64,000 nucleotides of DNA from Bdellovibrionota bacterium (GCA_050952645.1 JBMNLI010000007.1:1-64000), one strand, 5' to 3'; counted from the stretch's first letter, positions 22,147 through 33,940 are shown. Notes: generated by a model from the sequence alone, not told the origin. Numbers and translations: made by a program.

Positions 22147-25100
22147 ATGAAAAAATCTACTTTTATACTATCCGTTCTCTTTCTTTCAAGCTTTTTTGTT
22201 TTTTCAAATTTTGCATACGCCTTAGAAGTCATCTGGGCTACGCCTCTAGGAGATGGTATTGCTGTCGATAGGAAAGAGATAGTAATCTCATTTGATAAAG
22301 ATGTAGTGCCATTTGGGATTGGGAGTAAAAAAGCTAGTGTTGATGATACTAGTAGTGATACTAGTAATGATGCCGATAAAAATAACCCTGTATTTAAAAA
22401 CGTTTTAGAAGATAATGAAAATATAAAAAATAATAAAGAAACAAATAATAAAAAAGCAAATAATAAAGAAAATAACAAAGATAAAAATAAAGATAAAAAT
22501 AAAGATAAAAGCAATAAGATAGATTATGAAAACATCGCGCAATGATATATTAAGATTACACCTAATGTAAATTGTTCTTTTACTTGGCTCTCTCCTAAAA
22601 AACTTGTATGTAGATTAAGCCATGTTAGAGAAACATTTGATTATGCAACTAAGTATGAAATAAGGGTTTTAAAAGGTCTAAAGGCTCTAGATGGAAGCAA
22701 GCTTAAAGAAGATTACGTCGAAAGCTTTCAAACTGAGCTTGCAAAAGTTAAATATGTAAATATCACTTATGATAATAATGATGAAAAAATTTTTAAGCCA
22801 ACTATTAATTTTGATTTTAATACTATAATCGATCCTTATACATTAAAATTTGAGATTTCAGATGGTGATAAAAAGTATGATCATAAAATTTTGTGTAAAA
22901 GAAGATGGTCGTATCGTGATGCTGATATTTGTTTTGATTCTAGTAATGCAAAAAATAAAATTGAAGTAGCATCTTGCCTTTTTAAAAAATCCTCCAGAGA
23001 AATTTCTTGCGAAGTTTTGCCATTAGAAGATCTTCCGTATGATAAAACAGTATCGATATGGCTTAAAGATGGTCTTAAAACTTTTGAAGGAGATTTAAAA
23101 CAAACAAGAAAGCTAGTAAAAGAATTTAAGATTTCTGACAATTATAATTATAAACAGTATGTAGATAAAAGTGAGTTAACGTTTTTAGAAGCTAATATGC
23201 CTTCATACTTAATAAAATTTGAGGATTGGTTTTATAAAAATATAAAGAGATTTAAATTTTATTACGTTGTAGAAAAAAATAAGAAAGGCGTAGCGTTTAA
23301 AATTCCTGCTAAAATAAGAAAAATAGAATATAACAAAAATAAAAAATATAAAATTTTTAAGGAGATATATTATTCCAATTATGGTAGAGAGCAGCACACT
23401 TATTACCCTAAAGGCAAAGATAGTTATTTATATAACAAAGATATTTTTGAAATAGTTCCTTTAAGACCGCTTCCTTTTAACGCTAATTATAAATTAGTTA
23501 TAGACGATATCAAAGCGGTAAATAGAGAACGCCTAAAGGCTAAAACTTTAGATAAGCATAAAACGTATAAAGAATCTCTAAAATTAAATAAAATTATCTA
23601 CAAACTAAATGATGTAAAAAATGTTTCTCTTTATAAAAATTATAATGCTGCTCGAAAATTAAGAAAAAAAATACTATTAAAACCTGAAAATTATATTAAA
23701 TTAAATTTTAATGCACCAATAAAGATATATACTGTTAACTATATAGAAAATGGCAAGATAAAAAAATCATTTTCAGATTATTTGCCAATGAACCCTGAGA
23801 GCGATTATAGAATATTAAATATTTATGCTAAGGATATATTTAATAGAGTGTATAAAAAGAAATTAAATATAAGATATGGCGTAGAAGCATATGCACCAGC
23901 ACACGGGCAGCCTAATGACGATATATCAGTTCTAGAAAAAGATATAGATTCTCATTTGCCACTTTATGCTATTAACCTTGATACGATATCTCTAGATTAT
24001 GAAAAGGTTTCAAATAACGAAAGACGTATAGGAAGTAAAGAGTTTAGTCTAGATAGAAGAAGAAACGTGTGGTTTAAAGTTCCTTTAAAAATTAAAGAGA
24101 TTTTTAAAACTGGTTCAGGAATCGCAAAATGGAAATTATCTGATAATAAAAATGAGTATAATGATAATCTAATTATAGTAACTCCATTTCATGTTCATTT
24201 TAAAATTGGAACGTTTAATAGTCTTACTTGGGTTACTAATTTGAGCGATGGAAAGCCTGTTAAAGATGCTAAAGTTGAAATCATCTTAGACGATAGCCAA
24301 AAAAGATGTGGTGATGAATGTTATGAAAAATATTATATCGGGCTATTAAATTCATATAAAATTTTAGCTACGGGAAAAACCGATAGTGAAGGGATAGCTA
24401 TTTTAGATGGCATGAGAAAGTTTAGCGAGCATATAGATAGTGAAGAACCCGAACGCTTATATACTAATGATGTTTACCAAAACAAGCAAAATTTATTAGT
24501 AAAGGTGACTAAGGGAGATGATGTAGCTTTTTTGCCAGTTAATTACGATTTTTTAAATAAGCATAGCAAAGAAGATTGGTGGGATTATCGAAATGCTAGA
24601 ACTTCTAAAAAAGATTTTTCAAAAGTTTGGGGAACGACCTCTCAAGGTGTTTATAAAAGAGAAAGCACAGTGCAAGGTAAAATCGTTGTGCGAGAGATAG
24701 ATAACGAGTCGATAAAACTCCCAGATGTAAAAAAATATAATATGTGTGTATATAATCCTATGAATAATCTAATACATGAAAAGCAGAATATAGCTTTATC
24801 AGAGTTTGGAACTTATGATTTTGAATTTAAATTATCAAAGAGAGTATACACAGGGTATTACAATATATATTTACAAGATAAAGATTTTCAATGTCAAAGA
24901 GATTTTCCTACCTATCGTGGGGAACCAAGAAATTCTAGCTTTGTGTTAAAGTTTTTAGTAAGTGATTTTACGCCACCAAGTTTTACCGTAAAATCTTTTT
25001 TAGATAAGCAAGATTATGTATTAGGAGATGTCGCTATTTTAAATGTAGCTTCTAATTTATATTCGGGAGGTCCACTTTCAAATGGAAAATTAAGCGTATT

Positions 25101-28100
25101 AGCAAAAGTTTTCCCTAAAACTATAATAGCTAAAAATAAAGAGTATTTAGATTTTGATTTTAGAGAATCAAATATTGCGTGTGGTGAGCGCTATGAAGGG
25201 AAAGAAAGATTATGTAGCTCACATTATGTATATTCTTATAATAAAGTGTTATATAGAAATAGTAATTTAACTCTTAAGAATGATGGTACTAAAAAACAAG
25301 AAATTAGCATTAAAGATCTAAATATTCCATACGGAATAATCAATGTAGAAAGTTCTGTTATAGATGAAAGAGGTGTATCGAGAGCATCAAATTCTATGGC
25401 AAAATATTCTGATAGAAACCAATTTTTGGGCATAAGGCACAATGATTATTTTTTATATACGAAAGAAGTATATAGCCCTGAGTTTTTAGTAATAGATAAT
25501 AATGGGGAAGTTTCAAAAAATGATGCGAAAATAAAAATTAAAATTTATTATGAAGATATAAAAATTGTTAAAGAAAAAAATGCTAGTGGAGTTTTTAAAG
25601 ATTTTAAATATGAAAATTGGCATATTATCAAAAAAGATTCGATCGATTTTAAAGGAAAAAAACTTAAATACGATTTAAAATTTAATAGAGCAGGAAATTA
25701 TATTTTATACGCTTATATTAAAGATGGTAATGGGGAAGTTTATGGCGTTACTAAATCGTATTTTGTAAAGGACGAAAAATATGGTACTAGCTCGCAAGAA
25801 TTTAGCGAAGAGACCGATTATTTTAGACCTGAAAGAGAAGAGTATAAAGTAGGAGAGACTGCTAAATTTCTATTAAGAAGCGATTATAAAAATTCTTTAG
25901 CGCTTATTACTAAGGAAAGATATGGGATAAAGTCTCATTACACAAAATTTTTAGAACAAGAAAATAATATTATAGAAGTTCCTATCGATGAAAATGATAT
26001 CCCTGGTGTTCATGTATCGGTCGTTTTGATGAAGCTAAGAGAGGGGGTTGAGTTCGATAAAAAGTGCATAGAAGAATATACAAAGCTATATGGACATTTA
26101 AAGTATAAAAATAAATTCTATAATGAACTTAGCGATAAGTGTGATGCACAAAAACCTAGTTATGTTAGGTATAGGAGCCAAGTTAAGGTGTTAGGAGATG
26201 ATAAAGAGTTAAAGATAAAAGTTAGCACTAGTAAGCCTGAATATAAACCTAGTGAAAATATTGATATAAATATAAGTGTAAAAAATAAATCCGGGAAAGG
26301 TGTTGCTAGCGAACTTGCGATAATAGTGTTAGATCAATCTGTTTACGATCTAATACAAGGTAGCATAGATTACTTTAATCCATATAAGGCATTTCGTGGC
26401 ACTTTAGGGAGTCTTAATATTTTTAATTTTAATATTTTAGAAAAGCTAGTAGGTTTTATACCTTTTGATCAAGGAGATAAAGAGTTAGCTAGACTTGAAA
26501 AAATTAAAAGAGAAAAGAAAGGCGAGAATCCAGGGGGAGACGGTGTAAGTAGCGAGTTACGAAGCAACTTTAAATATTTAGCTTATTGGGAGCCAAGCGC
26601 AATTACTGATGAAAATGGCGATGCAAATATTTCATTTAAGCTTCCAGATAATCTTACCACTTTTCGAGTTATCGCTTTTGCAGTCGATAAAAAAGATAAA
26701 ATGGGAGTAGGCTTAAATACATTTAAGGTAAATAAGCATACAGAGATAAGACCTGTAATGCCTAACCAAGTTCGAGTTGGAGATAAGTTTGATGCTAGAT
26801 TTACGGTGTTAAACAAACGTGGCGTTAAAAAACGATACAAGATAAATTATAGTGTAAAGCAAGGCAAAAATGGAGTTAAGAAAGAGTATTCAAAATTAGT
26901 TTGGATAAATCCTTTAGAAAGGTTCGAGTTGTCGTTCCCTGTAGATGTAAAGAAAAGGAAAAATTATTACTATGAAGTTTTTGCTAGCGATCTAAACGAT
27001 AAAGATAATTTTGATGGTGTAGTATCGAAAGTAAAAGTTCTGCCAGTAAGAAACAGGGAAACTTTAGGCGTGTATAATGAAATTAAGGCGACGAAAAAAG
27101 GAAATAAAAAAACGCTTCAAGTTAAGCTTCCTGATGGAATTTTAAAAGGGCAATTAAAATTAAATGTAAGCGCTATAGCTATCAATGCTTTAGAGGGGGT
27201 GTTTGAATATATGAAAGATTATTCTTATACTTGCTGGGAGCAAAAGTTAAGTAGAGCATTAGTATCTGCTTATTATGAAGTGTTTAGAGATTTTGTCCCT
27301 AAAAGTTTCGTTTGGAAAGATGGTGGAAGAGTTTTTACAAACAAAATGCTTCAATTAGCAAAAAATTACCAAGCATCACGTGGCGGAATGACTTTTTTCG
27401 TTCCTGAAAATGGTAATATAAGTGAGTATTTAAGTTCTTTTACAATGTTTGGTTTTAGTATTTTAAAAGATTTAGGATATGAAATACCGAGTGATGTAAG
27501 TAGTAAGTTAAAAGAATATATTTTAAAAATGTTAAATAAGGATTCTGAATTAACTTCACGAGTAATGGCTGTATATGCATTATCGAAAGAAGGCGCTCTC
27601 GATAAGAGTGAGATAATAAGAGTCTTTAATGATAGAGAAAGAATGAGTTTATTTGCTAAGTCGATTTTGCTAGAGACGATATCGCATCGTATAAAAAGCG
27701 GCGAGAAAGATTTTAAGAAAGAAGCTGAAGTTCTTTTTAAAGATATTATAAATTATGGTGATGAGACTTCTAGTAAACTTAATTTCGTAAGTACTAGTGA
27801 TGAAAGTTGGCAGGAGTTGTATTCTAGTGGTAGAACTAATTGTAGTATTTTAAGTTCTTTTGCTAGTTATAGTGGTGTAGTAGATAGGAAAGGAAAAGAG
27901 GCTGAATATCTTAAAGAGCAAAGTTCTAAGCTTTTTAAAACGATACTAGAAAATAGGAGGCAAGATGGCTCTTTTGGTAATACTCAAGAAAATATTTTTT
28001 GTTTAAAGGCGATAAGTGATTATATCAAAAAACCAGAAATGAGAGGAGTTGATTTGAATTTTAAGGGAACTCTATTTAATAAAGAATTTGCTAACTTTAA

Positions 28101-28743
28101 TCCTAAAAAAAATATTAAGGCAGAGAGTGTAGTAAAACTTTCTAAGGCTGATAGTAATAAGCAAGGCGAGTTAGTCGTTAATGCAAAGGGTAAAGGGGAT
28201 GTTTATTATAATACTAGTATTTCTTACTATTCAAAGTATCCACTCGAATATAAGAATGCGGGAATTGCGATTCAAAGAGAGTATAGTGTAAAAAGAGGGA
28301 ATCGTTTTAAGTTGCTAAGAGATGGCGAGAAGTTAGAGGTTGGTGATATAGTAAGAGTCGATTTATATCTTTCGACGCCTTCTCAAAGAAGTTTTGTCGT
28401 AGTAACCGACCCACTCCCAGGGGCGTTAGAGCCTATAAATACCGATTTGGCAGGCAATGACAGATTAGATGATGAAGATGTAGATGATTATTATGAAGAT
28501 GATTCGTATAGGAACACTCGTTTAAGATGGAATACGTATTATTTTTATTATAATGAACTTTTACACGATAATGCTAGATTTTATTCTGAGTATTTGCCTA
28601 AAGGGTATCATCATTTAAGATACAAAGCAGTCGTAGTTGCAAGGGGAACTTTCCAAGCTGGTGGTACATTTGCAGAAGAAATGTATAACCCAGATATTTT
28701 TGGAAGAGGAAAAGAGGCTAGCTTTGTAGTCGGAAAAAAATAA
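22147..28743 (+). CDS. Bacterial alpha-2-macroglobulin family protein (~2198 codons) interrupted by one in-frame TGA at 22543-22545
   Basis: Signal peptide, Ig-like N-terminal domain continuing in frame past the TGA, MG2 region, LRSNF..LAYW, LPDNLTTFR, thioester motif CWEQ (27232-27243) and C-terminal DPLPGALE / AEEMYNPDIFGR. Confidence 0.88.
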
Positions 28744-28758
28744 GAGCATAAGATATTG

Positions 28759-28829
28759 TTCTTTGACGTTTTAAATAGGTGATGTTAATTTTTTTAGAAT
28801 TTTAAAAACCCCTTTAAAACGTCAAAGAA
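28759..28829. repeat. REP-like perfect 17-bp inverted repeat (family A) between convergent genes
   Basis: TTCTTTGACGTTTTAAA-N37-TTTAAAACGTCAAAGAA. Confidence 0.85.
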
Positions 28830-28851
28830 TCTTTTTTAAAAAAAGAAAGCT

Positions 28852-29379
28852 TTATTCTGTAAATGCTTCATTGATGATTTCTTTATTTTTGTTTCTAATA
28901 TATTCAAATGCTGCGGTTAAAAAAATAATTATATTCATTACAAACATTGGGTAGGCTTTAATATAAAAATCAAAGATTGCCCATTGGGCAGCTTTGAGCA
29001 TCAGGGCGATTCTCATATATTTAACGGATTTTATTAGGTATGCTAATATAGCAAATGAGATAGATGCGGTAATTGGAAAAATTCCAATCCAAGAATTTTT
29101 ATTGAAGGCTAGTCCTAAAATAGTCATAGCGACGCATATAAAGATTGTGATATTTTTAGTAAGTTTTCCTTTTATTTCTAAAGCGTGTCTAGTAGCCATT
29201 AGCAAGTGAGCAACGATACCAGAGTATCCACCAAGGCAAAGGCAGGAGAGTGCGCAAAAAAGGTTAGTTATCATTATTAGCAAAATCATATTTTTTTTAT
29301 GTTTGCTAAATATAGAAGAAAGAGTAAATGATGCACCAATAAAGGACAAAGCTTGTCCTATTAAAGTTAAATTATTCAT
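28852..29379 (-). CDS. YgjV-family inner membrane protein, paralog 1
   Basis: GQ..SFIG..K.KK.M, LGGYSG, R and W..YD/FD pattern; multi-TM. Confidence 0.75.
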   Translation of the reverse strand: MNNLTLIGQALSFIGASFTLSSIFSKHKKNMILLIMITNLFCALSCLCLGGYSGIVAHLLMATRHALEIKGKLTKNITIFICVAMTILGLAFNKNSWIGIFPITASISFAILAYLIKSVKYMRIALMLKAAQWAIFDFYIKAYPMFVMNIIIFLTAAFEYIRNKNKEIINEAFTE

Positions 29380-29401
29380 AATTTATAAGTCTTAAAAAAA
29401 A

Positions 29402-29479
29402 GTTCTTTGACGTTTTAAGGTAGTTTAAGCTAACCTATTACAAAACAATTTTTCCTGCCCCACATAAAACGTGAAGAAG
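29402..29479. repeat. REP-like inverted pair (family A)
   Basis: GTTCTTTGACGTTTTAAGGTAG ... TAAAACGTGAAGAAG. Confidence 0.75.
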
Positions 29480-29760
29480 TAAAAAAATATTTGTCTAGTG
29501 TAAATGATTTTTTAGTAATATAAAATTTAAAAATTTTATAATTTTTATTGTGGTTTTATAACTATATAAAAAATCTAAGTTTTTTCTTAATAAAAATGTT
29601 TTAAAAAAAACCTTAAATTATAGGATTAAATGTGGTCTGAATGAGTTTTTATTTTTTCGCGTATTCTAAGTTAGTTTTAAACTCTTCGCAAAAAAAAGAT
29701 TTTTTTAATCCTCTTTAAATGTGTGAAGAACTAAAAAATTTTTATTTCTAATTAGCATTA

Positions 29761-30279
29761 CTAACTAGCGTCGGCTATGTTTTTATTTTTTCTTCTTAGA
29801 TATTCTAGTGCACAGGTGATTATAATTATTATATCCATTAAAAATGTTCGGTATGCTTGAATATAAAAATCAAAGATTGCCCATTGCACCGTAGCGAATA
29901 TGTAGACTATCCTCAAGCCTTGTGAAGATTTTACTAAATATGCTAAAATAGCGAATGATACTTCAGCGGTAATCGGAAGGAGTCCAAGAGAAGAGTTTTC
30001 GTTAGAAAGAATTCCTAGGAATATTATTCCAGTGCATATAAGAAAGGTGTTAAATTTAGTTAGTTTTCCTTTTAAGTCTAAGATATGTCTTATTATAAGC
30101 ACGGCAGTAGAGGTAAAACCTGAATATCCGCCTAAAACGAGATAAGAAAGTGCGTAGCAACTATCATTTAGTAGTATAAAAGCTACCATATTTTTTTTAT
30201 TTTTACCAAATATTGAAACTATAGAGAAAAACACGCCGATTGCTGATAAAATTTACCCTAATATAAATGAGTGTCTCAT
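29761..30279 (-). pseudogene. YgjV-family paralog 2 with nonsense codon 9
   Basis: ATG at 30279 reads MRHSFILG*ILSAIG; paralogs have LGQ/IGQ here, so CAA to TAA at 30253-30255. Confidence 0.75.
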
Positions 30280-30408
30280 AACTTTTTTTTATTTTTTTTA
30301 ATAACAAATACGCAACTAAAATAGGTTATCACTTTTAGATTTATTATTCAAAATTTTTAGTAGAAGGTGTTGTGTAGTTTTTCTCCTTTAATTTTATTTT
30401 GAGGGAAT

Positions 30409-30927
30409 TTAGTTAGGAACTTCCTTGTTTTTATTTATATTTTTAATGAATGCGAATGCGGAAGTTAAAAAAGTTGATACGTCCGTTATGAAAGCTGGAT
30501 AAGCTTTAATATGAAAATCGAAGATACCCCATAGAAAGACGCTTAGCATTAAAACGGCTCTCATATTTTGTACGGATTTTATGTAATAGGTTAAAATAAT
30601 GAGTGATACTGAGGCGATAATGGGAAGAATACCGATCCAAGAATTTTTATTAAAATAGAGTCCAAATAATATGATAATTATGCATATAGTGTAAGTTATA
30701 GTTTTAGTTAATTTACCTTTTACTTCTAAAATATGTCTAATTGCCATAGATGTATTAGCTATAAATCCTGAATGTCCACCTAAAACAAGGTTAGAGAGAG
30801 CGCAGAACGTGCAAGTTAAGGATATTAGCATGATCATATTTTTTTTGTTTTTACTAAATATAGAAAAAAGAAGAAAAGTAGCACCAGTAAAAGATAAAAC
30901 TTGCCCCAATATAAACAGTTTGTCCAT
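30409..30927 (-). CDS. YgjV-family paralog 3
   Basis: Clearly alignable to paralog 1 (GQVLSF.GA, KNKKNM, LGGHSG, NKNSWIGI, FDF.IKAYP). Confidence 0.75.
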   Translation of the reverse strand: MDKLFILGQVLSFTGATFLLFSIFSKNKKNMIMLISLTCTFCALSNLVLGGHSGFIANTSMAIRHILEVKGKLTKTITYTICIIIILFGLYFNKNSWIGILPIIASVSLIILTYYIKSVQNMRAVLMLSVFLWGIFDFHIKAYPAFITDVSTFLTSAFAFIKNINKNKEVPN

Positions 30928-31024
30928 AACCCAAATAGCCTTTAATAAAAAATAATGTGTTAGTTTAGTATGAACGATTTTTATAAAATGTGGAATAAGA
31001 AGTTTTTATTTCTAATTAGCATTA

Positions 31025-31330
31025 CTAGCTAACATCGGCTATGTTTTTATTTTTTCTTCTTAGATATTCTAGCGTGGTAGTGGTTAGAGTTATTATGTCC
31101 ATGGTAAACATTGGGTAGGCTTTGAAATGAAAATCAAAGAGCGCCCACTGCATAGTGCAAAATAATAAAACGATTCTCATATTTTGTGTAGACTTTATAT
31201 AATAAGTTAAAATAACGAGCGATACCGAAGCAGTTATAGGAAGAATGCTAATCCAAAAAATTTTATCTTCATCGATATAAGTATTAAAATAAAGTCCTAA
31301 AATTATGATGGCAACACATATTAAAAAAGT
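31025..31330 (-). pseudogene. YgjV-family paralog 4, 5'-truncated remnant
   Basis: Manual translation gives TFLICVAIIILGLYFN...ILTYYIKSTQNMR...QWALFDFHFKAYP...EYLRRKNKNIADVS*. There is no start; homology ends at a repeat. Confidence 0.8.
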
Positions 31331-31399
31331 GGCTCTTCATGTTTTAAGTTAGGTTTTAGACCTTAAAGTTAGTATCACTCACCTCGACGAAGCCCAAAA
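31331..31399 (-). repeat. Long copy of family A repeat (left inverted repeat)
   Basis: Reverse complement differs from 34999-35066 at about 6 positions over 68-69 bp. Confidence 0.9.
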
Positions 31400-31507
31400 G
31401 AAAATTGACTTTAAAGAAATTTGCATAAAATAAATTACTTTAAATATAGTTGTAATTTTTCTTTAAACTATAGATAGTTTTCTATAAAAGCCAATTTTCT
31501 TTTAAGC

Positions 31508-33401
31508 GTGTGCCGGGCACGACATAGTTCTAGCGGGTGAAAGTCCCGTCACGGGTAGTTGTCACCAAGTGTAGTGATGCCACAAGCTCGAAGCAGTAAT
31601 GTTAGAGTGAAGGAAGTGGCGGATCAAAACCAAGGAGCCTACGAACAGAAACCAGATACAAGGCTAAATGGTGGGTGAGGTTGCGCTACAAACCGAAGCC
31701 CTAAAGACAAACGTAAAACCAAACGAGTAAATCTGGAGGTTGTCTGGTGAAAGAACTATGCCTTACCCCGGGAGGTCCAGATAGCGTGCTATGCACGTGC
31801 GATATAAAGCTTATATCTGGAAGTCAGTTGATACCATAGTACTTGAGACACCACTCAAGGAAGGGTTGAACGTTAATATATTGTGAATCACTGTAAGCAA
31901 GGCTAGAAGAGTCCGAAATTGAAGATATGCCTAACAAACAGGAACGTAACCTGTGGGGGCAGAAGATAGAGGGGGTGTTTTCTAGTAGCTTTACAAACAG
32001 AGGGAGGAGCAACAGGTGGAATTGATTGAATTGATTATATCAGACAAAAATATAGATGAGGCTATAAAGGCTGTTAAGCGAAATAAAGGTGCATCTGGTG
32101 TAGATGATATGCCAGTAGATGAGCTTGAAGACTATTTTGCCGTTCACAGAGAAGAGATAAAATCTCAGATACGTGAAGGGAATTATAAGCCGAGTCCAGT
32201 TAAGAGAGTGTATATACCTAAAGCTAATGGTAAGATGAGACCTTTAGGAATACCTACAGTAGTAGATAGGGTAATTCAACAAGCGGTAGCGCAAATACTA
32301 GCACGCGGATACGAAAAGTATTTTAGTAATAGTAGCTATGGCTTTAGACCTAGAAGGAATTGCCATCTAGCAGTATATAGAACTCTTGAGTACTTGAAAA
32401 GAGGCTATGATTGGGTTATAGACCTAGACATAGAGAAATATTTTGATACTGTTAATCACGACAAATTAATTTCGATAATCAGGGAACGCATCAAAGATGC
32501 GAAGACACTACGATTGATAAGACAGTTCTTAAGAGCTGGTATAATGGAAGATGGATTGTTTACTGTAAGTGAGAAAGGAGTTCCGCAAGGAGGTCCATTA
32601 TCCCCAGTATTATCTAACATATACCTTGATAAGCTCGACAAGGAACTGGAAGCAAGAGGACTTAAGTTTGTTAGATATGCCGATGACTGTAATATATTTG
32701 TTAGAAGTGAAAAGGCTGCTAATAGAGTAATGAAGTCCGTTGCGAGTTGGTTGGAGCGTAAGCTACGACTTAAAATTAATTCAAGTAAGAGTAAAATCTC
32801 TAGGCCGACGGAAAGCACTTTCTTAGGCTTTACCTACTGGAAGAGTGGGTATAAAACTTGGAAATGTAAACCTGCTGAAGATCGCAAACGAAAACTCTAT
32901 GATAAAACTAGAGAAATTCTTTGTAGACGGAAGGCAATGGCACGAACGTTAGGTTCGACATTTCAACAGCTAAGCTGGTTAATTAAAGGTTGGATAAACT
33001 ATTATAAGATAGGAACTCTTAAGACTTTTATAGATAAATATGGTCAATGGCTTAGACACAAAGTGAGGGTTATAATACTTAAACAGTGGAAATTGCCGAG
33101 ACGAATCTATCTAAATCTTAAGAAATTGAACCGAATGCTTGGTTGCAATTTTAGAAATGAAGAAATCTATAAGGTTGCTAACAGCAGACTCGGCTGGTAT
33201 AGACGCAGTTCGTGGTACGTAGTGAATTATGCATTAAGCCCTAAAATATTGGGGCGTAAAACAAAGGAACGAATTGGTTTAATCGACCCTTTGACGTATT
33301 ACCTGAGTATTACTTGATATTATATTAATGGAGCGCCGTATACGAGACCCGTACGTACGGTGCGACGGGAGGGAGAGGGTATAGCCCTCGCTCTACCCTA
33401 T
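31508..33401 (+). mobile_element. Group II intron, class C (IIC), apparently full length (~1.9 kb)
   Basis: 5' end GTGTGCCGGGCA; domain I motifs (GGTGAAAGTCC, CCTTACCCCGGGAG, GAAGTCAG..CATAGTA); domain V with CGC triad GAGCGCCGTATACG..CGTACGTACGGTG; domain VI hairpin ending CCCTAT. GC content is visibly higher than the host. Confidence 0.92.
32016..33317 (+). CDS. ltrA: Group II intron reverse transcriptase/maturase without endonuclease domain
   Basis: RPLGIPTVVDRVIQQA, SYGFRP, DLDIEKYFDTVNH, GVPQGGPLSP, RYADD, FLGF and domain X GWINYY; Shine-Dalgarno GGAGGAG upstream. Confidence 0.95.
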   Translation: MELIELIISDKNIDEAIKAVKRNKGASGVDDMPVDELEDYFAVHREEIKSQIREGNYKPSPVKRVYIPKANGKMRPLGIPTVVDRVIQQAVAQILARGYEKYFSNSSYGFRPRRNCHLAVYRTLEYLKRGYDWVIDLDIEKYFDTVNHDKLISIIRERIKDAKTLRLIRQFLRAGIMEDGLFTVSEKGVPQGGPLSPVLSNIYLDKLDKELEARGLKFVRYADDCNIFVRSEKAANRVMKSVASWLERKLRLKINSSKSKISRPTESTFLGFTYWKSGYKTWKCKPAEDRKRKLYDKTREILCRRKAMARTLGSTFQQLSWLIKGWINYYKIGTLKTFIDKYGQWLRHKVRVIILKQWKLPRRIYLNLKKLNRMLGCNFRNEEIYKVANSRLGWYRRSSWYVVNYALSPKILGRKTKERIGLIDPLTYYLSIT

Positions 33402-33404
33402 TAT

Positions 33405-33470
33405 ATCTTTTATTATTTCTTTTATTATTTCTTTTATTATTTCTTTTATTATTTTCTTTATTATCTCTTA
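33405..33470 (+). repeat. Tandem 12-bp repeat (TCTTTTATTATT x ~5) immediately after the intron
   Basis: Seen directly. Confidence 0.85.
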
Positions 33471-33722
33471 ATTATTCGTTTCTTTTAATTTAGATTCCAA
33501 TTTTTGTTTTCAAATTATAAATTTTATAATTAAATTTTCTTGTAATATAAGTAGCTTTGCTAAGTAGTAGCAAATGCATAAAGTCTAAAGTAAAAGTAGT
33601 TAATGTTTTGCTAAAAACGTGGAGACCTAAATGCTTATTTAGGTTATATTTTGCTATTAAAATAAACCTAGTTATTTTCAATAAGTTATCTTTTAAAGGC
33701 GTTTTAAACTAAAAAAATAATT

Positions 33723-33749
33723 TAAGTTTCGTAATATTCTTGCCGTTAT
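33723..33749 (+). promoter_or_regulatory. Putative sigma28 (FliA/SigD) promoter of flagellin
   Basis: TAAG-N15-GCCGTTAT versus consensus TAAA-N15-GCCGATAA, upstream of a flagellin. Confidence 0.7.
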
Positions 33750-33896
33750 ATTAAATTGAAAGGATTGAATGTGTGTGATTAAAGAAAGGTTTTTCTTGAA
33801 TGTGTGTGAAAATAATCTTTCATTTAAAGGTATCTTTTTTAAAGCGACTTTAAAAATAATCACTATTAGACAAAATAATTTGTTACACATTTTAAT

Positions 33897-33934
33897 CCTC
33901 CAAGGAAGGTAAATTAATTTATTTCAAGGAGGAA
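33897..33934 (+). promoter_or_regulatory. Two putative CsrA-binding GGA sites in the flagellin leader
   Basis: CCTCCAAGGAAGG hairpin and TTCAAGGAGGAA overlapping the SD, the arrangement known for Bacillus hag. Confidence 0.6.
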
Positions 33935-33940
33935 ATGAAA

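Noticed and set aside
22543..22545. Genome-wide TGA recoding (code 4/25) or selenocysteine
   Set aside because: Other long genes have no internal TGA, Trp is encoded by TGG, and TGA ends genes at plausible positions (4181, 40602). The context is not a redox motif.
28759..31399. YgjV paralogs with palindromic spacers as an integron cassette array
   Set aside because: The palindromes lack convincing RYYYAAC...GTTRRRY attC ends, also occur beside housekeeping genes, and no integron integrase is present.
32016..33317. Reverse transcriptase as a retron, DGR or defence RT
   Set aside because: It has domain X and is embedded in a complete group II intron RNA with 5' GUGYG, domain V and domain VI; no TR/VR pair was seen.
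33490..33890. Two short minus-strand ORFs between the intron and flagellin
   Set aside because: No motifs, and one overlaps the flagellin promoter and leader; likely chance ORFs in AT-rich DNA.
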